A DNA stretch of 64,000 nt from an uncultured virus (IMG/VR IMGVR_UViG_3300027798_002855) (lineage: Duplodnaviria > Heunggongvirae > Uroviricota > Caudoviricetes), in the IMG/VR virus record IMGVR_UViG_3300027798_002855; one strand, given 5' to 3'. The stretch's first letter is position 1; each line of letters starts with the position of its first letter. The notes under the pieces were generated by a model, which was not told the DNA's origin, did not search any database, and saw only the letters and a program-made list of their open reading frames with translations. Shown here in pieces: positions 37,926 through 47,097 of this stretch. The position numbers and the translations under genes are program-made.

Positions 37926-38758
37926 ATGATAAGCGATTTTTTTGGAAATACATTGGACTCAGTGTCAGACTTCTTTGGAAATATTACAGACTGGGCAGAT
38001 GATGCTTTAGCAAGTGGGCCATGGCCAGCATTTATTGGCGTTGCCATATGCGTGATTATAGGTATAGCCACCCTTTAGGGTGTGACCTAAATCACAGGGA
38101 TTACCCCACAGACACCCCCCAAAATGTCAGTGGCAACAGATAGAATTACAGGTATAACAAAAAGAAAGGTTAGGTAGCAAAAAATGCTAACACTAAATTA
38201 CACAGTATCTAAAGAGGATACTATACTTACAACATCAGATAGGCTGATGATAAATGAGCGTCAAATAAATGACCTTATGGATAGCCTAGTGGCTTACGGA
38301 TTTACAGTAGAGGCTATGTCAGTAGCCCCTGCTACACTTTAAGAATTAAGAAAGGATAAACTAAAATGATAAACGCAATAGAAAGAATAAATTGTGATGA
38401 GTGTTATGGACACGGACTTATTTTCTACGGAGATGAGAACAACTATGACACAGAACCTTGCGAGTGTGTATGACCTACACACTAGAGCAACAACTGCGCC
38501 TAGCGTGGATAAATAAAAATGGTAGCCCCAAAGGTTATCACCAAGCAACACAACAACAGAAAGAACAGGTGTTAAATGAAAATAACGATAACTAGTATGA
38601 GTGGCAAAGAAATGAAAATGGATTTGCCTACTAAAGAAAATGTCTATTACTTTATAGACCTATACAAAAAATCTCTAAAGAAAAATCAACGAGTAAAAAT
38701 TACTTGCGATTTATTAGGTATTGACGGATATTTACAAGGCACTGCTTCTAGTAAATAA
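37926..38758 (+). CDS. Four short rightward early ORFs (37926-38078 TM, 38184-38342, 38366-38473 Zn, 38576-38758)
   Basis: Own translation; GAAAGG RBS before the first three; PafBC-type promoters. Confidence 0.6.
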
Positions 38759-38775
38759 ACCGCTATAAATAGCCC

Positions 38776-38814
38776 TAGTGCGATCTCTCCAATAGTGGTC
38801 GCACTATTTTTTTT
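38776..38814 (+). terminator. Intrinsic terminator
   Basis: TAGTGCGATC...GGTCGCACTA + T8. Confidence 0.85.
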
Positions 38815-38909
38815 ATTTTATTTTTTCAAATCATGCATCATACACTTTAGCAAAATATTCAGATTTTCCCAAAATGAAAAATTTTTCAGATTTCGGGTAT
38901 AATAAATAC

Positions 38910-39107
38910 ATGCCAAACCCCACACCCTGTATCCATGTATTTGAATATGTTCATCGTGAAACATGCCCCCATTGTGGGCGGTATACCCATGAACCCGATC
39001 ATAACCTTAACTCTAAACTCTTTAAAGAATTCTACCTATCAGACGAACCTAAAAAATACATATGCCCAATAGATGGGGGAACCATAAGAGGCTGGTGGTC
39101 TATATAG
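38910..39107 (+). CDS. Small Cys/His protein
   Basis: CPHCG, CPID; leaderless. Confidence 0.55.
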   Translation: MPNPTPCIHVFEYVHRETCPHCGRYTHEPDHNLNSKLFKEFYLSDEPKKYICPIDGGTIRGWWSI

Positions 39108-39260
39108 ATCTATTTTCCATATTTATTAATTATACTCAATATACCAATACATATACAAATAGCCAGAGACATGTTTATAACAAATTGCAACATATAGCCA
39201 TTATATAGCAAAACTATACAAAAAACAATATATATGCTACAATTATATAAAAGGGAAAAT

Positions 39261-39767
39261 ATGGACATTCAAATTATAGACGATTTCTTAGATAAAGACA
39301 GTTTTGAAAATATCAAAAATACCATGCTTTCAGAAAACTTCCCATGGTTCTATGTGCCCAGAAAAACAAATGGTTATGACTTTAATGAGAATTTTCAGTT
39401 TGTTCATATTTTTTATATACGTCATTCAATAAACTCAAACCATTCTCAAATTCTTAATCCATTAATAGATAAAATTGATGCACTTGCTTTAGTAAAAATT
39501 AAAGCAAATTTAACAGTAAAAACCAAAGAAATTATTGATTATGGATATCATACAGACTATATAACAGATAGCAAACTTTATACAGCAGTTTACTATATTA
39601 ATAGTAATAATGGATCTACTAATTTTGAAAATGGTCCAAGCGTAAAATCTAAAGAAAATAGAATAGTCATATTTGACTCTCAACTTCGTCATAGTGGCAC
39701 TAGTTGTACAGATGAGCGTTTGAGAGTATTGATAAACTTGAACTTTTATAAAAATCCATCTAACTAG
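39261..39767 (+). CDS. 2OG-Fe(II) oxygenase-like protein
   Basis: HTD, YYIN..NG.T, NR.VIFD...H, R.LIN. Confidence 0.8.
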   Translation: MDIQIIDDFLDKDSFENIKNTMLSENFPWFYVPRKTNGYDFNENFQFVHIFYIRHSINSNHSQILNPLIDKIDALALVKIKANLTVKTKEIIDYGYHTDYITDSKLYTAVYYINSNNGSTNFENGPSVKSKENRIVIFDSQLRHSGTSCTDERLRVLINLNFYKNPSN

Positions 39768-39852
39768 ACAATTTATCTGGCATTGGATAAAGTCTATAAT
39801 CTACAAAGAATAATTTTTCGGGGGACATTGAAAAACCAGGGTATATAAAAAA

Positions 39853-40059
39853 CTACCACTTCCCAATCGGACATTTAGCTTCTTCTAAACTCGTCTTTAA
39901 CTTCATAAAACAACCACACTTTCTACATTGTTCCGTACGAGGTTTAAAATATTCACATGCTCTACATATGGCTAATCTAGCTTCCTTTAATTCTTCGCCA
40001 GACCTTGGCTTATTTGGATTTAATAGATCCCAGGGTTTGACTTCACGTTCTTTATCCAT
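39853..40059 (-). CDS. DUF6171-like Cys-rich protein
   Basis: RLAICRAC..CRKCGCFM..K...CPIGKW. Confidence 0.75.
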   Translation of the reverse strand: MDKEREVKPWDLLNPNKPRSGEELKEARLAICRACEYFKPRTEQCRKCGCFMKLKTSLEEAKCPIGKW

Positions 40060-40187
40060 ACTTGCCATTATACATTACAAACCAGGATATTGACAATACT
40101 TTGAATATTTTATTCATATCTTTGTCAGGGATGGTTTGTTGTTCTTTTTGCGCTTCCCGCCGAAAAATATGTTATAATTTTATCACT

Positions 40188-40415
40188 ATGACGCCAACAG
40201 ACTGGGCAGGATTAACACTTACAATTCTAGGAATCCTAGGAACCGTCGGCGTAGTGATGAGGTGGATCTTGAAAAAATATGTAGAAGAGATAATGAGCGA
40301 ACTAAGGCCAAATTCTGGATCTTCAATGAAAGACCAAATTACAAGGCTTGAAACCAAAACCGATAAACTCTATGATGCTATCTTGATTCACCTTGAAGAT
40401 CACGCTAATAAGTAA
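40188..40415 (+). CDS. Small membrane protein
   Basis: TM helix then PNSGSSMKD. Confidence 0.7.
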   Translation: MTPTDWAGLTLTILGILGTVGVVMRWILKKYVEEIMSELRPNSGSSMKDQITRLETKTDKLYDAILIHLEDHANK

Positions 40416-40648
40416 TCTATATATAGTATATCTTTTTTCTTTTAACTATTTACCCTCTTAATATTTAAGTATACACTATAAAATTTTCTTGTCAAGACTA
40501 AAATCAAACTTTTTTAAAAAATTTATCAAATTGTTACAAAAGTAAATAAAATAATGTTAGAATGAACGTGCTGGCGCTCTAGGTTGCTCTCTACCCACCC
40601 CCCACTGCCCCTAGAGCGTTCAGCCTTTTTATGGTATAATCAAACATT

Positions 40649-41059
40649 ATGGCTGAAAAATCCTTTACCGTTGCAGATACTTCTAAATTTGGAGCAAATC
40701 CAGCCAACATTCAATGGAATATTGTTCGTGGCGATACGGCGACTCTAAATGTAGACTTTTTATATGATAATGAAATAACAAAATGGCCTACTACTACCTG
40801 GTCTTATAAGGCTACAGCCTATGATCCAAGCGGAGATGTTTTGGATGAATTGTTAACTACCGCCTCTACTGGTAGTGTTTCTATTACTGCCCCCGCTTCT
40901 ATGACCTTGTCCTGGGGAACTGCCTATCAGTCGGTGGTAGCAGAACTACCATTTGACCTACAGGTAGAAATAGAAGATGCTGGAGAAAATACAATTTGGA
41001 CTCCAATTGTTGGTACAATTAGAGTATTGGGTGACATTACTCCAGGAGGATCATTATGA
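40649..41059 (+). CDS. Virion/baseplate Ig-like protein
   Basis: RGDT, FDLQ, GTI.V pattern shared with 41151 and 51750. Confidence 0.6.
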   Translation: MAEKSFTVADTSKFGANPANIQWNIVRGDTATLNVDFLYDNEITKWPTTTWSYKATAYDPSGDVLDELLTTASTGSVSITAPASMTLSWGTAYQSVVAELPFDLQVEIEDAGENTIWTPIVGTIRVLGDITPGGSL

Positions 41060-41150
41060 GTTTACCTGCCGTTGTTAAAATTAAAGATACACGCACCGAT
41101 GTTTCCCCTGTTATTAAGGTAAACGGAAAGATCTATAAGGTGTCACGTTA

Positions 41151-41501
41151 ATGGCATTTCCAGCAACATATAATTTTAGTTACTACCGTGGAGATACAAA
41201 CGAATTCGTAATTCGTCCAAAGAACTCTGATGGTTCTGCATTTGATCTTGATGGATATGATGCGGATTTCTTTATTGCTACCGCCCGAGGAGCAGCGACA
41301 AGCGTTGTTCAGTATGAAGCACAAGCCGTGGTTGATGATGTTAATAATTTAGTTACATGTACAATTTTGCCAGGTGTTGGAGAAGAACTTGCTCCAGGAA
41401 CATATGTTTATGACGTGCAGATTGATTCTGGCGCAGCACTTGTATTTACACTTTTGACTGGAACAATCAGTGTGACGGAGCAGATCACGGGTGCTGTCTA
41501 A
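41151..41501 (+). CDS. Virion/baseplate (BppU-like) protein
   Basis: RGDT, YVYDVQI, GTI.V. Confidence 0.65.
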   Translation: MAFPATYNFSYYRGDTNEFVIRPKNSDGSAFDLDGYDADFFIATARGAATSVVQYEAQAVVDDVNNLVTCTILPGVGEELAPGTYVYDVQIDSGAALVFTLLTGTISVTEQITGAV

Positions 41502-42076
41502 TGCCAGAGGTATTGCTTAGTAATGACGATATTACTGTATTAGGACCACCGACAGAAATAGAATTACTTGTTGATATTGGTCCCGCTGGAATTCGTGGTA
41601 GTCAAGTATTTGTCGGCACTGGTAATCCAAACAGTATTGGAATTGGTCAGACTCCTGAGTTAAATGATTTATTTATAAATACATCTCCTGGTGCTGACTA
41701 TGGGTATCTATATCAATACGTCGCAGAGCCAGGTGGAGACACTTGGATTGAAGTATTAAAATTAAATCCAACTATTTATTCTAAAAATTATTCTGCTACA
41801 TTTTCAAGTGGTGTCGCTTCTGTGGTTATTCCTATTGCTGACATTACAGCAGCCGATACGGCATTCGTAGCAGATAACTTTAGCGTTCAGTACAGCATCG
41901 CTCACGACAGCCCTGTAGCCTCAGCAATGGCTATTCCAGCGCTAACAGGTGCTAATACTAGCAACCTAAGAATTAATTTAGAGGCTATGGAATATGCATC
42001 TGGTGCCTGGACCTCGTTATCAGAAGAAGTGGTTGTTCATCTTTTTATTACCGTTGTTGAGGCTGGAGAGTCATAA
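41501..42076 (+). CDS. Putative tail-associated protein
   Basis: GPxGxRGS..G.G.P motif. Confidence 0.6.
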   Translation: MPEVLLSNDDITVLGPPTEIELLVDIGPAGIRGSQVFVGTGNPNSIGIGQTPELNDLFINTSPGADYGYLYQYVAEPGGDTWIEVLKLNPTIYSKNYSATFSSGVASVVIPIADITAADTAFVADNFSVQYSIAHDSPVASAMAIPALTGANTSNLRINLEAMEYASGAWTSLSEEVVVHLFITVVEAGES

Positions 42077-42110
42077 GAATGTGCTATAATAATTTGCATA
42101 AGGAGATCCC

Positions 42111-43343
42111 ATGGCCGTAGAATCAATTGGTAGTATATACTCTGTAAATATCCCAGGTTTAACTGATGCTGCTGACATTCAAGCAGCGTTTCAAGCATAT
42201 CATTATGGTGCTTATACATCTATTGCAACTACCGCTGGTATTGGTTCTGGTGGTTTAGCATATTGGCTTAAAGCAATTGATGATGACATTGCTTCGCTAG
42301 AAGCACGTCCATCATCTGGTGGAGATGCAACATCAAGTGCTCCAGTTGCTGGAGACTTTACCCCATCAGGAGTTCCAGATGGATATATTTGGGTTGATTT
42401 TGATGGATCAATGACAAGTTCTGTTATTGGCGCTACTGCAATTTATAATAACAATGCTCCCACATCTAATATTACATCTGGTGTTATCTGGGTAGATAAA
42501 GATGCATCTACTTCTACAACTGGAAACCCATTTATTCCAGCAGCAGTTATTGCAGCAAAGGGAGATTTGCTTGCAGGTGTTTCTAATGATACCGTCACAG
42601 TTTTGACAGTTGGATCAAATGGACAATATTTAAAAGCAGACTCAAGCACAACAAGCGGACTTGCTTGGTCAGATCCTGGAGATCTAACTGCAGTTTCTGC
42701 AGGTACTGGTATTACAGTTACAAATGGTGCTGGACCAATTCCATTAATTGCTATTGATACTGGCACTACGGTTGACCTGAGTACTGCTCAGACTTTAACA
42801 AACAAAACTTTAACAACACCTACCCTAAACAATCCTTCAGTAACAAGCGGAACATTTATTGGTGGCACATTTACATCTAATCCAAATATTATTGCGCCAT
42901 TAATTTCAGCGGGTACCTCAGTAACAGTAACAGAAACATATCCAATATTACTTTCTCCAGAAGAGCGTTGGAATATAGCAGCATCATCTGCTGGTGGCAC
43001 TGTAAATCTAGATGTATTAACTTCTGCTGTTTTGTATTATACAAACTCTTCAAGCTCTAACTGGGTATTAAATGTTCGTGGTAATTCTTCAACATCTCTT
43101 AATAATATTCTTACAACTGGTGATTCTATTACTACCGTTTTATTTGCAACAAATGGAACAACTCCGTTTTATCAAACGGTTCTTACCGTAGACGGTGCAA
43201 CAAGCGGAGTAAGCGTTAAATGGCAAAATGGTGTTGCACCAAGTGCAGGAAACACAAGCAGCATCGATATTTATTCGTTTACAATTGCAAAAACAGCAAA
43301 CGCTACCTTCACAGCATTCGGATCACAGACTAAGTTTGCATAA
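42111..43343 (+). CDS. Tail-fibre-like protein, cassette 1
   Basis: KGDL, QTLTNKTLT repeats, C-terminal DIYSF..TKFA domain. Confidence 0.7.
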   Translation: MAVESIGSIYSVNIPGLTDAADIQAAFQAYHYGAYTSIATTAGIGSGGLAYWLKAIDDDIASLEARPSSGGDATSSAPVAGDFTPSGVPDGYIWVDFDGSMTSSVIGATAIYNNNAPTSNITSGVIWVDKDASTSTTGNPFIPAAVIAAKGDLLAGVSNDTVTVLTVGSNGQYLKADSSTTSGLAWSDPGDLTAVSAGTGITVTNGAGPIPLIAIDTGTTVDLSTAQTLTNKTLTTPTLNNPSVTSGTFIGGTFTSNPNIIAPLISAGTSVTVTETYPILLSPEERWNIAASSAGGTVNLDVLTSAVLYYTNSSSSNWVLNVRGNSSTSLNNILTTGDSITTVLFATNGTTPFYQTVLTVDGATSGVSVKWQNGVAPSAGNTSSIDIYSFTIAKTANATFTAFGSQTKFA

Positions 43344-43355
43344 GGGGAATAATAG

Positions 43356-44474
43356 ATGCCTATCATTGGTGGAAGACAAGCGGGCGTTAGAGGTCTTGGA
43401 TTTCAAGGTGCTGGAAAGCCTAATGCTCCTACAATTAATTCTGTAACAGTTGCTAGTTCAACTTCAGTAACAATAACTTATACTTTAGGAGCAAATAATG
43501 GCGCCCCCATTACAACTATTGGATTTACTTCATCGCCATCAATTGCTTTAACATTTACAAATACAGATCTTGATGGTTCTATTGTTGTAACAGGATCTTA
43601 TGTTGAAGGAACTGCATATACATTTACAATGACAGCGACAAATGCTGTTGGAACATCCGATGCTTCTTCCGCATCAAGTTCTGTTACACCTAATGCTATA
43701 TATTCTTTATCACAAACATTCAACGCTTCTGGAGCGTATACAGTGCCATCAGGAACAACAAAAATTGCTACCTATGTAGTCTCTAGTGGTGCAGCTGGTG
43801 GCTCTGGTAACGCTGGAGGACATAACTTTGATAATTTTTGCCTTGGTGGTAGTGGAGGTGGAGGCGGTGCTGGTGGTGGAGCAGTAGCCTTTAAAGAGTA
43901 TTCGGTAACCCCTGGTGATACAATCAATGTTACTGTTGGATCAACGTCTAATTTTGGAAACTTAGCAAGTGCAAGTAGAAATGCTCAAAATAGTAATGTT
44001 GGCGGATCTGTTACTCGTGCTTCCGTCAGTGGTGGCGGTGGTGGCGGTGAAACAAGGGCTAATGATCAGCAGTCTACTGGAGGAAGTTCTGGAAATTCTG
44101 GTACAGCGGGTGGAAATATCACTCTATCTGATAACAATATTTCAATATTGGCTATTGGTGGTGGCGGTGGTGGCGGTGGATCTGGTGGCGCTAGTATGAG
44201 AACTAACAGTGATGGATCCGATAACTTCAGCGTTGGTGGTGGAGGTGGAGGCGCTGCAGGATCTGGTGCTGGTAATGGTGGCGGTGGAGGTAGTGCTGGA
44301 TTTACGGGTTTTACACTTTTTGCTAATTCTGGTGGCGGTGGAGGTACCGCTTCTGGAATAGGCGGCGGTGGCGGTGGTGGCGGCGGAGGCGGAGCGTCAA
44401 GATACAATGCAGCAGCTGGTGGTGGAGGTGGAGGAAATGGAAATGCTGGACAAGTTATTGTTTATAGAAAGTAG
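43356..44474 (+). CDS. Gly-rich adhesin-like protein with Fn3-like domain, cassette 1
   Basis: ATNAVGTS, polyglycine tracts. Confidence 0.7.
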   Translation: MPIIGGRQAGVRGLGFQGAGKPNAPTINSVTVASSTSVTITYTLGANNGAPITTIGFTSSPSIALTFTNTDLDGSIVVTGSYVEGTAYTFTMTATNAVGTSDASSASSSVTPNAIYSLSQTFNASGAYTVPSGTTKIATYVVSSGAAGGSGNAGGHNFDNFCLGGSGGGGGAGGGAVAFKEYSVTPGDTINVTVGSTSNFGNLASASRNAQNSNVGGSVTRASVSGGGGGGETRANDQQSTGGSSGNSGTAGGNITLSDNNISILAIGGGGGGGGSGGASMRTNSDGSDNFSVGGGGGGAAGSGAGNGGGGGSAGFTGFTLFANSGGGGGTASGIGGGGGGGGGGGASRYNAAAGGGGGGNGNAGQVIVYRK

Positions 44475-44480
44475 TACTAT

Positions 44481-44825
44481 ATGAATGAAATAACATACGG
44501 TTTTGTAGATAATAGCAATATCTTAATAGAAACTGCTGTTTGCGTTGAAAACGACATTGACACACTTGAAAGAATAAAAAATGAATTCAATGCATTTAAT
44601 TATTATAAAATGAATTTAGAAAAAGAGTCAACAGAACTAGGTATTGTTTATTGGACAGGCACTAGATTTTGTCTACCATCCCCATACCCATCATGGGTAT
44701 TTAATGAAGAATTAAATACATGGGAAACCCCTATTCCGTATCCAAATATTGATGAAGAAAATCCAAAGCATTATAAATGGAATGAAGAAATTATAGGCTG
44801 GGAAGAAGTACAGATATCAGAGTAA
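44481..44825 (+). CDS. Small accessory/chaperone-like protein, cassette 1
   Basis: PYPSW..NE...WE.PIPYP..Y.W.E. Confidence 0.65.
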   Translation: MNEITYGFVDNSNILIETAVCVENDIDTLERIKNEFNAFNYYKMNLEKESTELGIVYWTGTRFCLPSPYPSWVFNEELNTWETPIPYPNIDEENPKHYKWNEEIIGWEEVQISE

Positions 44826-44856
44826 CATCTGATATAATAAACCATAAGGAGAAATA

Positions 44857-45795
44857 ATGCCAACTTTTAACACTACCGATCCAAAACCAGGATATGTATA
44901 TGACTCAGGAGATGATACTTGGTATCCCCTTGCTGGTATTGCAGTACAGAGTTTAGATGGATTAACGGATGTTGTTATTTCTACCGCTGCATCTGGACAG
45001 ACTCTTGTTTATAATGGAACTAACTGGGTAAATACCGCCGAGACTGGCGACGTGTCTGCTGTTTCAGCGGGTACAGGAATAACAGTAACCAGTGGTGCAG
45101 GACCAATACCTTCTATTGCAGTAGATGATACTTTAGTTGCAACTACTAGCAACACAATGACTTTAAGTAATAAAACATTAACTGCACCAACAATTCAAAA
45201 TCCTTCAGTAACAAGTGGAACTTTTGTTACTCCAACTTTACAAAATCCTTCAGTAACAAGTGGAACTTTTGTTACTCCAACTTTACAAAATCCTTCAGTA
45301 ACAAGCGGAACATTTATTGGTGGAACATTTACATCTGCACCAGAAATTAATCGTCCTACTATTACAGGCACCACACAGATTGCTCAAATTCTTGAGTCGG
45401 CTGCTGTAACTTCCTTTTCAGTAACAGGCACAGTTATACTAAATGTACTTGATCAAGGTTCAGTTGTTTATTACACTAGTTCTGCCAGTGCTAACTATGT
45501 ATTAAATGTAACTGGAAGCTCTACCACCTCTCTTGTTAATTTAATGTCAACTGGTCAATCACTAACAGTTGCAAATCTTGTAACTAATGGTGCAGGTGCT
45601 GCTAGATATTTAACTGCCATGCAAATTGACGGTACAGCAGTAACATCTGTAACCAAATGGCAAGGTGGAACTGCTCCAACTGCTGGAAACACATCTGCAG
45701 TAGATATTTATTCAATTACAGCAATTAAAGTAGCTAACACTTCGACGGTAGCATCAGCATTCACAGTATTCGCAGCACAAACTAAGTTTGCATAA
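44857..45795 (+). CDS. Tail-fibre-like protein, cassette 2
   Basis: Paralogous to 42111; ends TKFA. Confidence 0.7.
   Translation: MPTFNTTDPKPGYVYDSGDDTWYPLAGIAVQSLDGLTDVVISTAASGQTLVYNGTNWVNTAETGDVSAVSAGTGITVTSGAGPIPSIAVDDTLVATTSNTMTLSNKTLTAPTIQNPSVTSGTFVTPTLQNPSVTSGTFVTPTLQNPSVTSGTFIGGTFTSAPEINRPTITGTTQIAQILESAAVTSFSVTGTVILNVLDQGSVVYYTSSASANYVLNVTGSSTTSLVNLMSTGQSLTVANLVTNGAGAARYLTAMQIDGTAVTSVTKWQGGTAPTAGNTSAVDIYSITAIKVANTSTVASAFTVFAAQTKFA
45196..45310 (+). repeat. 45-bp tandem repeat (two perfect copies plus a partial one)
   Basis: CAAAATCCTTCAGTAACAAGTGGAACTTTTGTTACTCCAACTTTA. Confidence 0.95.
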
Positions 45796-45811
45796 TTAAG
45801 GGGTGATTTAA

Positions 45812-46663
45812 TTGCCATTACTTTCAACTCGTGGCGCCGCAGCCGTAAGAGGCTTTGGTAGATTTGGTGTTGTTAAAAACCCCCCAACAAGTGTTGAATA
45901 TTTATTAGTTGGTGGCGGAGGAACTGGTCAAGGTGGCGATAGCAACACCGCAGGGGCGGGTGGCGGTGCAGGAGCATTTGCTGAATCAACTTTAAACAAT
46001 GTATCTGCAACAACATCATATACTTTGACTGTAGCAGGAGGCGGAGGAACATCTTCATTTGCAGGAATAAATGCCGCTGGCGGAAGCGGAAGCACATCTG
46101 GTAATTCAAGAAATGCTGGATCAAATAATGGTAGGGCAGCAGGAGGTGGTGGTGGATCTGCAAACAATGGAGGCGCCGCTGGCGGTACAGATAATGGTAG
46201 TAGTTATGGCGGAAATGGCGGCGCAGGAACATCGAGTTCAATTTTAGGTGCAAATTACGCAGGCGGTGGCGGTGGTGGAGGAGACTCAGATTCTTGCTGT
46301 CCAGGTGCTGGTGGTGGAAATGCTCAGGGTGGTAATAGCACTGGATGTTTTAGTGGTGGAGGAGGTAGCGGAAATAGTGGTGGTGGAATGGGCTCATATG
46401 GTTGGTCAGCCTGTGGAAATATAAGAGGTGGAAGTAGTAGTGCTGGCGCAGCTAATACTGGTAGCGGTGGTGGAGGAGGATCAAGTAATCTGGCTTATGG
46501 TAGAGCTGCATCAGGTGGAGGATCTGGAGTTGTTGCAATTAAATATTCAATAAATTCTGATGCGCCAACAATAGGTGCGGGGCTAACATACTCAGATGTT
46601 AGTTCAGAAAATCATAGAATTTATAAATTTAATTCTGGTTCAGGGAATGTGAGTTGGGCTTAA
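45812..46663 (+). CDS. Gly-rich adhesin-like protein, cassette 2
   Basis: VEYLLVGGGG, ANTGSGGGG, GGSGVV.I.Y. Confidence 0.7.
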   Translation: MPLLSTRGAAAVRGFGRFGVVKNPPTSVEYLLVGGGGTGQGGDSNTAGAGGGAGAFAESTLNNVSATTSYTLTVAGGGGTSSFAGINAAGGSGSTSGNSRNAGSNNGRAAGGGGGSANNGGAAGGTDNGSSYGGNGGAGTSSSILGANYAGGGGGGGDSDSCCPGAGGGNAQGGNSTGCFSGGGGSGNSGGGMGSYGWSACGNIRGGSSSAGAANTGSGGGGGSSNLAYGRAASGGGSGVVAIKYSINSDAPTIGAGLTYSDVSSENHRIYKFNSGSGNVSWA

Positions 46664-47061
46664 TGGCACACTATGCTTTATTAGACGAAAATAATATTGT
46701 TATTAATATAATAACTGGAATAGATGAAGACCAACTAATTGAAGGTCTTAATCCAGAAACTTGGTATGGAAATTTTCATAATACAAAATGTAAAAGAGCA
46801 TCATACAATACAATGGCTGGAGAGCATTTATTTGATGGTATACCATTTAGAAAAAACTATCCACAAATTGGATATAACTATGATGAAGTTAGAGATGCTT
46901 TTATACCGCCAAAACCAGAAGATTTTCCATCATGGGTTTTAAATGAAGATAAATGTATTTGGCAACCACCTATTCCATACCCTACAATTGAAGACGGTAG
47001 TGATGAAATTTATACATGGGATGAAAATACAACATCTTGGCTCTTGCTTCCTCCCCTCTAA
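46663..47061 (+). CDS. Small accessory/chaperone-like protein, cassette 2
   Basis: MAHYA, FRKNY, DAFIPP, PSW. Confidence 0.7.
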   Translation: MAHYALLDENNIVINIITGIDEDQLIEGLNPETWYGNFHNTKCKRASYNTMAGEHLFDGIPFRKNYPQIGYNYDEVRDAFIPPKPEDFPSWVLNEDKCIWQPPIPYPTIEDGSDEIYTWDENTTSWLLLPPL

Positions 47062-47097
47062 TTAGTGTATAATTAAAACTTAAGGGGGGTAGTTAAA

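Larger units (their letters stand above)
29437..38096. promoter_or_regulatory. Eight CRP/GlxR-type boxes TGTGA-N6-TCACA
   Basis: Perfect at 32076, 36139, 37292, 37718, 38081; one mismatch at 29437, 33244, 37799. Confidence 0.75.
31119..38146. promoter_or_regulatory. Six RecA-NDp/PafBC-type promoters TGTC(A/G)G-N10-TAnnnT
   Basis: Minus: 31119-31140, 35331-35352, 36091-36112, 37647-37668; plus: 37852-37873, 38125-38146. Confidence 0.75.
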
